Positions 8,456 through 20,070 of a stretch of DNA of 35,486 nucleotides are shown in pieces; within the stretch, counting starts at the first letter, position 1; every line of letters starts with the position of its first letter. The notes beneath the pieces are model-generated. The model was not told the DNA's origin. It saw nothing but the letters and a program-made list of their open reading frames with translations, and made no database searches. The position numbers and the translations under genes are program-made. Source of the DNA: Octopus bimaculoides (taxonomy: Eukaryota); assembly GCF_001194135.2 (NCBI RefSeq), contig NC_068983.1:164583283-164618768 (forward strand). Direction: 5' to 3'.

Positions 8456-8990
8456 TTACCATGGATAACATTGTTGCCATAATGGAAGAGGTCTTACTGC
8501 AAGAGTGACTCTTGTTACTAAACAAAACAATCCTTGATCTGGCCTCTTCGTGCATAACAATTTTTGCAAGTGCATTAACTTTCCAGTTAATGGACAAACT
8601 CCAGCTTTTATTTCTTGTCTCTTTTCTAATGTAACCATAATGACGCCTGCTCCTCGGAGCTGGCTAGACCCGTATCTCTACCATTCAGGCACCTCCAACC
8701 CAATCGTTGCTGCATCTTTCGTCACCCTAAATGGCTCTAACTGTCCTTTCCTTACATTCAATATTATGCTCAATACTTCTTCCTCAGGACATCATCCCAC
8801 TATAATTCCCTCGCGTTCATTTTTTGTTTTTCTGCTAGTATTGATGTGCCACAAGTTAAACGGAACACTAATAGAGTCAATCTCACCAAAGGTAAAGAGC
8901 CAGCAAGTGCCGTGGGCTCTACCCCTTCTTTCTGATGTACTCCTGCGAAACCTGCTCAACTCTTTCACCACACAATTTCTTTCACTATTA
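8456..8990 (-). pseudogene. Possible decayed retroelement ORF1/gag-like fragment
   Basis: About 180 codons in one frame with only two internal stops (...CPEEEVLSIILNVRKGQLEPFRVTKDAATIGLEVPEW*RYGSSQLRGAGVIMVTLEKRQEIKAGVCPLTGKLMHLQKLLC...). Contains a degenerate zinc-knuckle-like C-x2-(T)-x4-H-x5-C. Confidence 0.3.
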
Positions 8991-9003
8991 AGGTACTGTT
9001 TCT

Positions 9004-9057
9004 GTTGTACCTGTATTTCAAAGGGCCAGCCTTGTCATACTCTGTGTCACGCTGAAA
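9004..9057 (+). mobile_element. Internal fragment of SINE family C
   Basis: TTCAAAGGGCCAGCCTTGTCATACTCTGTGTCACGCTGAA matches about 24790-24832. Confidence 0.8.
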
Positions 9058-9456
9058 TAGAATCGACTTGCTAGAAATAACAATTGTCTCTCTCAAACCA
9101 CTTCCAATCTCTTTAAAGTAGGAAGGATACATTAGATAAAGTACTTGTAAGATTTCATATCTTTTCCCCACACAAAACAGGTGATAATCTCGGCGGGAAT
9201 CTGGTTTAGTTGGTCGACAATTTCTCGTCATTCTTGACACACGTCTCTCATCCGTCTCTCATCCGTTTCATTGCAGCTTTAAGCTGTTGGAGAGTGAACC
9301 TACTGTGTACAACCAACTGATCGATGTAGTTATTTGCTAGTCTACCTCTGTCACGTTTGCCATGAGAAGGTTACCACGGAAAAATGTCTGCTAATAATAC
9401 CTCTTTGTTACTCTGGCAGTGAGCAATAAATTTCAGCCCTATAATTTCATATTCCC

Positions 9457-9466
9457 CCTCTCTCTT

Positions 9467-9535
<69 letters not shown>

Positions 9536-9553
9536 TCTCTTCTCTCTCTTTCA

Positions 9554-9605
<52 letters not shown>
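9457..9605. repeat. (CT)n microsatellite, imperfect
   Basis: Long CT run with TT interruptions. Confidence 0.98.
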
Positions 9606-9610
<5 letters not shown>

Positions 9611-10002
9611 ATGGGACGTCTATGAATAGGTGTTCGTTAGTTCTATTTTGCTGCCATTCCGGCGTACGTTCGACTTAGAATTTTCTTCACGGGAGCTTTA
9701 AGTGACCATATTATTGAAAAATACACTAAAACTGATTCAACTGCGAAGAATTTTATTTTAGTTTTTCTCAGATTAGATTTCCATAACAGCTCAGCGTTCC
9801 TCTTGATTCACTAATTCTGATTTCTGTATCACTCTTGGATTTCCAAAATAGATCTTCTATTTCTATTTCTCTACACTTTTGACTTCTTTCACAGAAATAT
9901 ATAATACACTATATATATATAGGTAGGTTATCCCGTCCCCCCTCCGACTTTTAGTCCATGCAATTGAAAAAACCGCATTATTTATGGGATGACCCAATAT
10001 AT

Positions 10003-10200
10003 GTTATTTCAGTCACTAAAGTGCAGCCCTGTTGGGACGCCGCATTGAAAAACTTTAGTAGAACGACTTGACCCCAGTACCTATGTAATTTTTAAGTTTG
10101 GTACTTATTCTATCAATCTCTTATGCCGATACGTTAAGTTACGGAGACGTAAACACACCAGCATCGGTTGTCAAGCGATGATGATGGACAAACATACACA
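10003..10200 (-). mobile_element. SINE-like family B copy, degraded
   Basis: Aligns with 6775-6960. Confidence 0.75.
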
Positions 10201-10224
10201 CAGACACATACACGTGCGACCAGA

Positions 10225-10347
10225 TTCTTTCAGTTTTCAGCTACCAAATCCACTCACAAGGATTTAATCGGTCCAAGTTGCTATGCAGTAGGTCTGAACC
10301 CGGGACCATGTGGTTGGGAAGCAAACTTCTTACCAGAAGGCCACGCT
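10225..10347 (-). mobile_element. SINE family D copy with internal deletion
   Basis: Head and tail match 35260-35415 (CTACCAAATCCACTCACAAGG; GAACCCGGGACCATGTGGTTGG), but the central CORE-like block is absent. Confidence 0.82.
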
Positions 10348-10356
10348 TATCATTAT

Positions 10357-10499
<143 letters not shown>

Positions 10500-12487
10500 A
10501 CTTATAAACAGAAGGGGAATAAAAAGATATAAATAATTGAAAGTAGAAAGTAAATGGAATCCTTAAATAAACAAATGTAACTGAAGGAAAGAAGTCTGAA
10601 TGAAAATCGATAATAAAAAAAAAATGAAGACGCTGTTAGCACAATCAAATCAACAAACCTAATCCAAACAAGGATGAAAGCAACGAAGCCAAGGAAAAAC
10701 AGAGAATAATGTTATTGTGGAAATATATATAAAGGAAAAATTAATAAAAAATATGAGACAATTATATGAAATGCAATACGAGGTGTAGATAATAGACTTG
10801 AAGGTAATCGAAATATTTATCTAAAAAAGGGGGAAGGAAACCCAATAAAAATTAGAAGATTGGTTATACTAACTTAACTGAAATGTTATTTCTGTCTAAA
10901 AAGATTACAAGTTATAACAAGAGGAAAGTATTCTATTTATGCAACATCCATTGTTGTCAAAAGATAATGTTGATATCAATGTAAAATCTCTCGTAAAGTT
11001 CAGAATGAAAGTAAACGAGGAAAAGGGGTTTGCAAAAATATAAACCACCAAATAGAGATTCCGAAATTTCATAAACGTCTGAAACGAGAAATTTGTTTAA
11101 ATTATTAAGAATCATCAGATTAGAAGAAATCGTTTTTTAAACAAAATGATCGGTTCGTCTCCGATCAAATATATTTTTTGAAGCAGTAAAAGGAAAAACA
11201 GAAAGCGAAAGTAACTTAGTCATTAGTGACAGACGACAAGAGCTTCGGGAAGATGCTTGCATAGCAAATCAAGCGACACATGCTATTAAAATATAGAAAA
11301 TAATACAAAAAAAAACAACAAAGAATAATGAGTAGAAGAATATATAAGCCCCGGCACTCGGGAGAACACGTATATGAGGAAAAGACATTCACTGACAGAC
11401 TTTATTTTCTAGATTAGTTTCCGCTTATGTTTAAAATATTTGAAATGGCATCATGAAACACAATATTCAAGAAAATTAAAAAAATACAAAAACAAACGAT
11501 TAATTCATGTAAAGAAACATAATTAGAAAATACACATGAGCGCTTTTAAACGTCAGAATGTTGTTAGATTTCAGGGAAATCAGCAAACGCTGGTATCTCA
11601 AATACATTTCAACATAAACTCTTCATTTATTAAAATTATTTCAAGCTCCAGAGGATGGCACAATTACCAAATGACAGTTAAGACCAAGTAAATATGAAAA
11701 CGGGAGATAATCTCAAGTATCATGAATTCTCCAAATACGACATGCCAGTAAGGAAAAGGAAAGACAATATTTTCAGATACATGGAAAGCAATCTCTCTTC
11801 AGCAGGTGAGGGATATAGACGTAGACAAAAAGAGTAAAACACATTTATATTCCAGGTAGTGTGCAATAATTAAACAAAAATGAGCCAAGAGAAATAATCC
11901 AGTAGTTAATGGAATATGCATATGTGTGTATTTGTGTGTGGGTATGTGTGTTTCCCTATGTGTGTGTGTCTGTACGTGTAGTAAAAATAAAAAGGAAAAT
12001 GTAGAGCAACATTTATGCTAAAATATGAGATAAAACGTTGATACAATCAACCGGTTTCGCAGTTCTAAGTTAATCATGATTAAGTAGATTAATTAGAGAA
12101 GGTGTATTTTATATAATTTCGTGCCAGAAAAATTAGTTTTTGTGACCAACAGTGGATAACGAAAGAAACTATATTCATTGAAAAGTATTAACCACGCCTA
12201 GATATAAACATAAGTAATTTTGATTACAGCTTTATTCAGTCAATTAATTCAATCAAATTAATTTTATTTGTATATAATTAATCTCTTGATAACTAATTCA
12301 TTTTACTATCCCAAAAACCTCCCTTGCACTTGCATCAGATCATAATAAATGATTTTCTCGCTGACAATTTATTTGTTTACAAAATATCTTATCTCCAATC
12401 ATCATTGAAAAACAAATACTAATTATGGTAGCAAGAAATTACATCATCACTAATTACTTAATCATGAATAACATAAAAAAGCGGATC

Positions 12488-12492
<5 letters not shown>

Positions 12493-12523
<31 letters not shown>

Positions 12524-12560
12524 CTGTACTCACACACGCACACGTGCGCACACACACACG

Positions 12561-12597
<37 letters not shown>

Positions 12598-12633
12598 ACA
12601 CACAAAACACACACATATAATATACACACACAC
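12493..12633. repeat. Compound (TA)n/(CA)n microsatellite
   Basis: Direct inspection. Confidence 0.95.
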
Positions 12634-13998
12634 CCAGAGGCTCGAAACGTAAAAGGCATTCTCACTTTTCCAATTTTAACAAACAAAATTCCTTAATTCC
12701 CACACAAACCTAAATCACCAAAACTACAAAAGCAAGCGGCTTCTCTAAGCTATCTTTCTCCTCCATGCAAATACATATTATTCAGAGTAGACTCGTTCGC
12801 ACTTGTCTTATACTTTGCTCTCACTCACCTTTCACAGAATTTACTGGGCTGTATGTAGCCCTTCCATTTCCACCCGCACATTCCTTATCTAGAGTAACTT
12901 TGAAAATTTATACTAGGAAAAATTTGATGAGGATTTGACCGGTGTGTGAAGTATTGTCCTTCACAAAGTTTCTTTCACCATGGCCAGTAGACAGAGGAAA
13001 ACTGCCAACCCTTCTTGGCTAAATAAATGCAGAGGTGAATGATTCTCCTGACAGACTCTCCTGTCCTACTTGCGTTAATAGCTGTTCAAGACGATCATTC
13101 CTTTTACCTGGTGATTTGCTCTCTGTTTCGGTTCACATGTCTTATGTGTGGCTTCATTCCTTCTTTATTTTTTACCTTTTCTGTTTCCCCCAACAATTTT
13201 CAATCCTTTCTTCTGCAACCATTATCTCTTCTTCGTCTTCGATGGTGTTGTACGACCTCATGCTATCACAATTATGTTGGCATAATTGCGATTTAGTCTT
13301 TCCTTAAGAGGAAATCGCATGTGCTCCACCTTAGAGTATAATTGATAAATGCTTTAGTTTTTGAGGCCTTTTCGTAGGTTACATATGTCCACCACACAGG
13401 TATTTTTTATTGTATGTCCTTAATACTCATTTCTTCTTTAGTTTCGATAACGCAAGAAACAAAATGCCGGTTGTCTCCACCATGTTGCTTTAAACAACAA
13501 TTACGATCATTAAAATGGATTGTTTACTTCCTTTCTTAAAATAGCGAGCGAATGTGTGTGTTTGTTTATGTGCAGTACTGTTGTTGCCTTTTTTTGTTTG
13601 TTTAATAATAGTACCATACAATGTTGATACTCTTAATTACTGGACTATTAATATTTTTGTGAACCGAGCATAGGCCTTTCTGTCAAATTAAATTTGTTCG
13701 CCTCTTATTTTTATGTTTGTGCTCGTATGTTCTGGTTCGCTCTTTTAGGAGTTGCTTTTTGAAGAAGCCGTTTTGTATTGAAATGTAAACAAACAAAAAA
13801 AGTCTGTCCGAACACGACAGACCACACGTCTTCTCTGATATGAGGTTCACTTTCAATGTCTCCCATGAGATGTCTTGTCAAAGCATTATTCAGAAAAAAA
13901 CATTTGTTTTTCAGTTGCGGTAGTGAAAAAAATCGAAAATCTTGGAAACGAAACGAAAACAAATATGCACACAAAAACAACAACAATAACAACTATTA

Positions 13999-13999
13999 A

Positions 14000-14033
<34 letters not shown>

Positions 14034-14085
14034 CTGATGTTGATGATGATGTTGATGATGATGATGTTGATGATGATGATGATGT

Positions 14086-14151
<66 letters not shown>

Positions 14152-14178
14152 GTGTGGGGATTTACATAAAATAAAAAG

Positions 14179-14238
<60 letters not shown>
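13999..14238. repeat. Compound (ATA)n-(GAT)n tract followed by (TA)n
   Basis: An AAT run passes directly into a GAT run of about 40 units with GTT interruptions; a TA run follows. Confidence 0.97.
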
Positions 14239-14251
<13 letters not shown>

Positions 14252-14611
14252 TATACACGGTATGCAATGAAAAAAAAGAAGGGACATATACACAGTATAC
14301 AAAGGTTAAAAAAATGTGAGGGTGGGAGAGGATGATAGAGATGTGGCCCTCCTAATACAGGATGACCTCTAAGGGTAATCGAGGAACCCCACTGTCCGAG
14401 ATTTCCCTGAACACCAAGAGCAGGTACCCTCTCCAATGCCTTCTCTCCGACTCACAGGTCTACTTTTAGATATCATTCACTGTTGCCATTTTCGCAACCC
14501 AAATGAAGAAATGCTCAGACAGAATACTGCGTCACCCCATATCACTACCGAAGCCAAATTTTAGAATCAATTATTAGGTATTAATTAGGTATTAATTAGG
14601 TTTTATATTGA

Positions 14612-14820
14612 GGTGGCCAGCTGGAAAAATCGTGTGTTGGTCAAAATGCTTAGCAGCATTTCGTCTGTCTGCACGTTCTGAGTTCAAATTCCGCCTAGGT
14701 CAGCTTTGCCATTCATCCGTTCGGAGTCGATAAAATAAGTACCAGTTGAGCACTGGGTTCGATGTAATCGACTTACCCGCTACCTGGGGTAGGGGGTAAG
14801 CTTGGTCGTAAATTTGAAAT
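14612..14820 (+). mobile_element. SINE family A copy
   Basis: ACGTTCTGAGTTCAAATTCCGCCTAGGTC...GTCGATAAAATAAGTACCAGTTGAGCACTGGG. Confidence 0.88.
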
Positions 14821-15292
14821 TAATTAGTTACTAATACCAGTGTTATATCTGTGATCTTCTACAATCCAAAACTGTTTCTGAAAATTAACTTTTGGACAAT
14901 TGGTATCTCCCTTAAAGACTATGTTGTCCAAATAGTTAAAATAAATTACTTTATCCGTCTTCAGGGAAACCAAGAAACATAAAACAGCCACTCAGAGAAA
15001 AGACAGCTGTAAATCTGTAAATATAAAACAAAAAATAGAGAAAAAATAATGTAAAAATGAAAATCTTAAGAAACTGTTTCTACTGGGACTAAAAGGCTGA
15101 CGTAATCACAAGTTGGCAACGAGAGGTCCTGAAGCATGGCCAGAACTTGGCAGAGAGAAATTGGATAAAAATATCGGAACTGGTTAAGAAACCGAATATT
15201 GAATATTGTACAAAAAGGATTATTCATCGAAGAATAAAACGAATACCTTAACAGAAGAAACTACCAGAAATATACAAAGAACATACGAAGAG

Positions 15293-15293
<1 letters not shown>

Positions 15294-15350
<57 letters not shown>
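15294..15350. repeat. (GT)n microsatellite
   Basis: Direct inspection. Confidence 0.98.
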
Positions 15351-15357
<7 letters not shown>

Positions 15358-16334
15358 CATATACACACATACAGTAGTTGAAAAAGGCTTACGAATCCAA
15401 AGAAATCAAAGGTTTTGGGTAAAAAGTAAGAGTTGAAACAACACGGAAACATGTTTAAAGAATCTTTTAAATAATCTTTCTTTAATATTTTTATATTTGT
15501 TATATTAAGTGACTTTTATAATATATTCCCAGTTTCGATGTGTGTGTCTGAGTAAATATTAAAAATTCAAAGCCAAAACTGAGTAATTAAAAATTAAAAA
15601 TCAGAAATTAAAACATTTTGTTGTCATATTCTGTGCGTAGTTAAAAACATGTTTGATATTTTCTCATAAAGTCTCTTCTTATATATATTGTTTATGAAGG
15701 GGTTTGGAACACAGAGGAAGTCAAATGTGCAAAGTTTCTATTGATTTGAATAACAGACATTTTGTGTCCAAAATTCTATTAAATCAAATAGCAGATTTTA
15801 GTTATGTGAGTTGCATTAAATAAAAAATGGATTTAAGGATCGTCTAAAATACTGCTGATAGGGTTTTTGCCGCCTTTGTGTGTGTAGATTGGATTCTATT
15901 GTCAAGAGTACAATTTTATTTTAATTGTACCGGTGACAGATTTCAGTCATAAAGTGTTGTTTTTTTGGAAATATGTTGCCCACATGGCATAATATGCTAA
16001 AACACGATGATAGGTTAAGAGAAAATGTGAGAAAAGACCATAAAAAAGTAGATATAAATGATATGTTGAAAACACGGAAAAACGAAATCAGAAAAGAGGG
16101 GGAGAATTCGAGTTATGACCTCCTTGGTCGGTACGGCTGCTTAATCCGGAGAGGGGGCTATTTTCCAGTTCCCTAACTGGAACTTATCGATATGATTACA
16201 TCTGCCGAAAATGTCAGATCTGGAATTCAGCAGTGCAGTGGTGTGCTTAGATCTGAAAATGATTGGTAATCTCCACTGAGTTGTTTTCATCGCATGAAAC
16301 TACTAGTGGCTCATAAAAATTTATGAAATTAGCT

Positions 16335-16345
16335 ATCTATCTATG

Positions 16346-16408
<63 letters not shown>

Positions 16409-16541
16409 ATATATATATATATATATATATANNNNNNNNNNNNNNNNNNNNNNNNNNNNNNNNNNNNNNNNNNNNNNNNNNNNNNNNNNNNNNNNNNNNN
16501 NNNNNNNNNNNNNNNNNNNNNNNNNNNNNNNNNNNNNNNNN

Positions 16542-16596
<55 letters not shown>

Positions 16597-16633
16597 CATA
16601 CATACATACATACATACATACATACGTACGTAC

Positions 16634-16676
<43 letters not shown>
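16335..16676. repeat. Compound (TATC)n/(TA)n-gap-(GATA)n/(CATA)n/(GA)n microsatellite
   Basis: Direct inspection. Confidence 0.96.
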
Positions 16677-16678
<2 letters not shown>

Positions 16679-17774
16679 TATGTATATATGTATGGATGTA
16701 TGTATGCATTTATGCATAACAGAAACTGCAGAATATGTAGATGGTGAGAGAAAAGAAAAATATCTAGATCTTGAGCTAAAACAGAATACATCAGCTGGCG
16801 CAATAATACTGAAAGTTTCCTACACTGGAAATTATGCCAAAAAATATGAAACTTACATATCTTAAATGAGATGACACTTAGTAATGCGATCCTTGTTTTT
16901 TAAAAAAAACAGTAGGGTATAGGTTTGAGAAAAAGAGATTGAAGAACCATTTTAGTTGGTCGAGAGACTATGTAGCAACTCTTTTACAGATGCGTAAATA
17001 ATTTGTTTAATTCAAAGGTATTCGCTTGTGTTTTTCTAATTGAGTAATATTGTGTGAGTTTATAATTGTATTCAGGGACGAGTTACACTTAAAAAGAAAT
17101 TTATATTCGAATCTTAGCAGGCTGATGGTAATAGAAAGTGAAGTGGACTTCCGGCAAGACTAGACGGCAATACATTTCCAAACATAAATGAAGATATTTC
17201 TAACTTTTGGCAAGATTTCATATTAAACCAGGAATGTTACACAACTCTGTTTTACCCTTTAATTCAAAAATATTCTTTTGTACCTGTTCTCACTCTTACA
17301 CAACACCTAACGCCTATTTAACTAACCATGGAAACAAGAAAAGATATTAAGTATGGTAGCACAGATGCTTCTAGTGGAGTAAGTAAAATTTAAAAGAAAC
17401 ATTGATTTTATTAGACAAGGCACGAGACTAATTTTATAAGGAAGAGTAGAATCAATGGAATTGATCTCAATATATTTTATTATTGATTGTATCGAGGTAA
17501 CGGCAACTTTTAACCGATTTGTATGTTAGGCTAGTGTAAAAAGACATTGAAGATGGTAAGAATCAAGAAAAGTGAACGGCACCAAAGAAGATAACTCTTA
17601 CCAATCAATGATAGAAATTATTCCTGTTTGTTCTATTTGGTAGAAATATCAGCTTACAATTTCTAAAATGTCACATTAGATAAAAGTAGTCCGGGATACA
17701 CTATTCCTGAATAATGAAAAAATGTCGGGACATTTAGGGTATGGATATCTTAGATGGGACCGGGCTTGAATTTA

Positions 17775-17804
17775 TAAGAGGTCTGATCAATAAGTATCCG
17801 GACT
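17775..17804. mobile_element. Solitary mariner-like terminal inverted repeat fragment
   Basis: TAAGAGGTCTGATCAATAAGTATCCGGACT resembles mariner ends (TA then CGAGG.. TCAATAAGT). No partner end is seen in the window. Confidence 0.5.
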
Positions 17805-17812
17805 ATTGACAC

Positions 17813-17876
17813 AGTACTGAACCCAGAACCAAGTGGTTGGGAACCAAGCTTCTTACCACACAACCACGCCTGCGCC
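17813..17876 (-). mobile_element. SINE family D tRNA-like head fragment
   Basis: Reverse complement GGCGCAGGCGTGGTTGTGTGGTAAGAAGCTTGGTTCCCAACCACTTGGTTCTGGGTTCAGT matches 35260-35320. Confidence 0.85.
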
Positions 17877-19959
17877 TACGATGGCTACAGCTTATGAAAT
17901 TAATGCTAAAAACCTGATAATTTCTTATTAACTAATTTATTTATCTCTTTTTCTGTGCAGATTTACACTACAAAAAATGATTGGAGAGGATTACATGCAA
18001 AATGACATCTAATCCGGCTGCCCACGTTTATTTTCACTTCATTTGAATCAAATATTGGTCGAATAAATATTTTCTAGAATGTGATATAAATAATTGCATT
18101 GATTGTTAGCAATATTATTTGAATATTACAACGTTCTAATTAATCGGACGGATTTATCCAAGTATGATGTTTTGTTCCTGAGGTACATTTCCGGCAATGA
18201 CTCTGACTCAGCAAAAAAAACTAGAAATCAATTTTCATGGCAAAGAGAATTAATTTTAGACGACCTCCTGCTTCATAACAGAGTACCATTTAAAAATGTT
18301 CCTCGTAACGGAAAACAAAGGAAGGATGTGAAAACTACGTGTCTTTTGTTAACTTGCAGGGATAGGTTATGATTGATTACAGAAATGAGCGCACAAGCAG
18401 AACACACATGCAGAACTACATATACACGCATATATATATATATATATATATATANNNNNNNNNNNNNNNNNNNNNNNNNNNNNNNNNNNNNNNNNNNNNN
18501 NNNNNNNNNNNNNNNNNNNNNNNNNNNNNNNNNNNNNNNNNNNNNNNNNNNNNNNNNNNNNNNNNNNNNNNNNNNNNNNNNNNNNNNNNNNNNNNNNNNN
18601 NNNNNNNNNNNNNNNNNNNNNNNNNNNNNNNNNNNNNNNNNNNNNNNNNNNNNNNNNNNNNNNNNNNNNNNNNNNNNNNNNNNNNNNNNNNNNNNNNNNN
18701 NNNNNNNNNNNNNNNNNNNNNNNNNNNNNNNNNNNNNNNNNNNNNNNNNNNNNNNNNNNNNNNNNNNNNNNNNNNNNNNNNNNNNNNNNNNNNNNNNNNN
18801 NNNNNNNNNNNNNNNNNNNNNNNNNNNNNNNNNNNNNNNNNNNNNNNNNNNNNNNNNNNNNNNNNNNNNNNNNNNNNNNNNNNNNNNNNNNNNNNNNNNN
18901 NNNNNNNNNNNNNNNNNNNNNNNNNNNNNNNNNNNNNNNNNNNNNNNNNNNNNNNNNNNNNNNNNNNNNNNNNNNNNNNNNNNNNNNNNNNNNNNNNNNN
19001 NNNNNNNNNNNNNNNNNNNNNNNNNNNNNNNNNNNNNNNNNNNNNNNNNNNNNNNNNNNNNNNNNNNNNNNNNNNNNNNNNNNNNNNNNNNNNNNNNNNN
19101 NNNNNNNNNNNNNNNNNNNNNNNNNNNNNNNNNNNNNNNNNNNNNNNNNNNNNNNNNNNNNNNNNNNNNTATATATATACACATACATATATATATAATA
19201 TAGGCGCGCACGCTTGCACACTCTGATACGCAAAGCGCAAACACATATACATGAATTATGAAATAACTTTATAGAGGAATTGATAAATCTGCTCTGACAT
19301 CCGTTTATGCATCGTTTTACGTTTTATTGTACCGTTTTAGTCAATGTTAATATTATTTATTATTTTGAGACATTATTTAGTTTTTTGTTAGAAGTGAAAC
19401 GGAAATCAAATTTCTGTTGCGGAAATTGACACCACCTAGGGAATTAAATATTTGTTTGGAGTGACGCTGTAACTTCCACTGAAAAAATAATAGTACAAAT
19501 GCCAGGCAATAGAGATTCTCCTACCCTGGTTATTTCTCTTCATGTGATATTTGTGGTCTCACACATTGTCTTTCTTTTTTGCCATTAAATAAGTCATTGA
19601 TGGTAGTGTAACATCTATTTCTAGGACGAGCGAGTCGCAAAGACATTCACCTATTGACTTGGAATAAAGTTGAAATTTTCTGTCTTTTTTTCTTTTCTAC
19701 AGATCATCCGAACAAACCAGCGATGAAAAGGTGTTGTAAGCGTAACTAGCTCTTGTTTTTGCATATCAATTAATTAGACTGACAAATATATCCTTTATCA
19801 AAACCGGTTAGGGTGTAATCGGGAGAAAACTTGGTTGGTGCTTTCAAAAGGCGTTAAAAATCGAGGCAAAGGATATATATTGACGTCAGCATACATGGAA
19901 GAAAAAATATTGTTAGGAAACGATATAGCTGGCAAGCAAACGGCTAATTGGTAAAGCTA

Positions 19960-20070
19960 TAAGTGGCTAGAATAGATTTTTCCCAATACTTTCTTTGATT
20001 TGAGTTCAAATCCTGCCAAGGCCAACTTTTCCATTTATCCTTTCGGTGTTGATTAAAAAGTCATTGATTG
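19960..20070 (+). mobile_element. Very degraded SINE family A-related copy
   Basis: TTTGAGTTCAAATCCTGCCAAGGCCAACTTTTCCATTTATCCTTTCGGTGTTGAT. Confidence 0.65.

Noticed and set aside
8550-9074. 174-aa + strand ORF
   Set aside because: No recognisable domain. It runs into a SINE C fragment and is better explained as the antisense of a decayed minus-strand frame.
9723-9738. ACACTAAAACTGATTC resembling the TSD at 651-666
   Set aside because: The flanks share no further similarity. Treated as chance, not as a preferred target.
13875-14436. Poly-Met, poly-His and poly-Ser ORFs
   Set aside because: These are translations of the (GAT)n/(ATA)n microsatellite, with no splice or domain support.
16169-16267. 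Exon between TTTTCCAG and TG|GTAATC
   Set aside because: All three frames contain a stop, and the peptides are unrecognised.
18273-19252. Long ORFs of 276-323 aa (also 22226-23094, 16323-16803, 5596-5862)
   Set aside because: They are open only because they run through N gaps and TA repeats.
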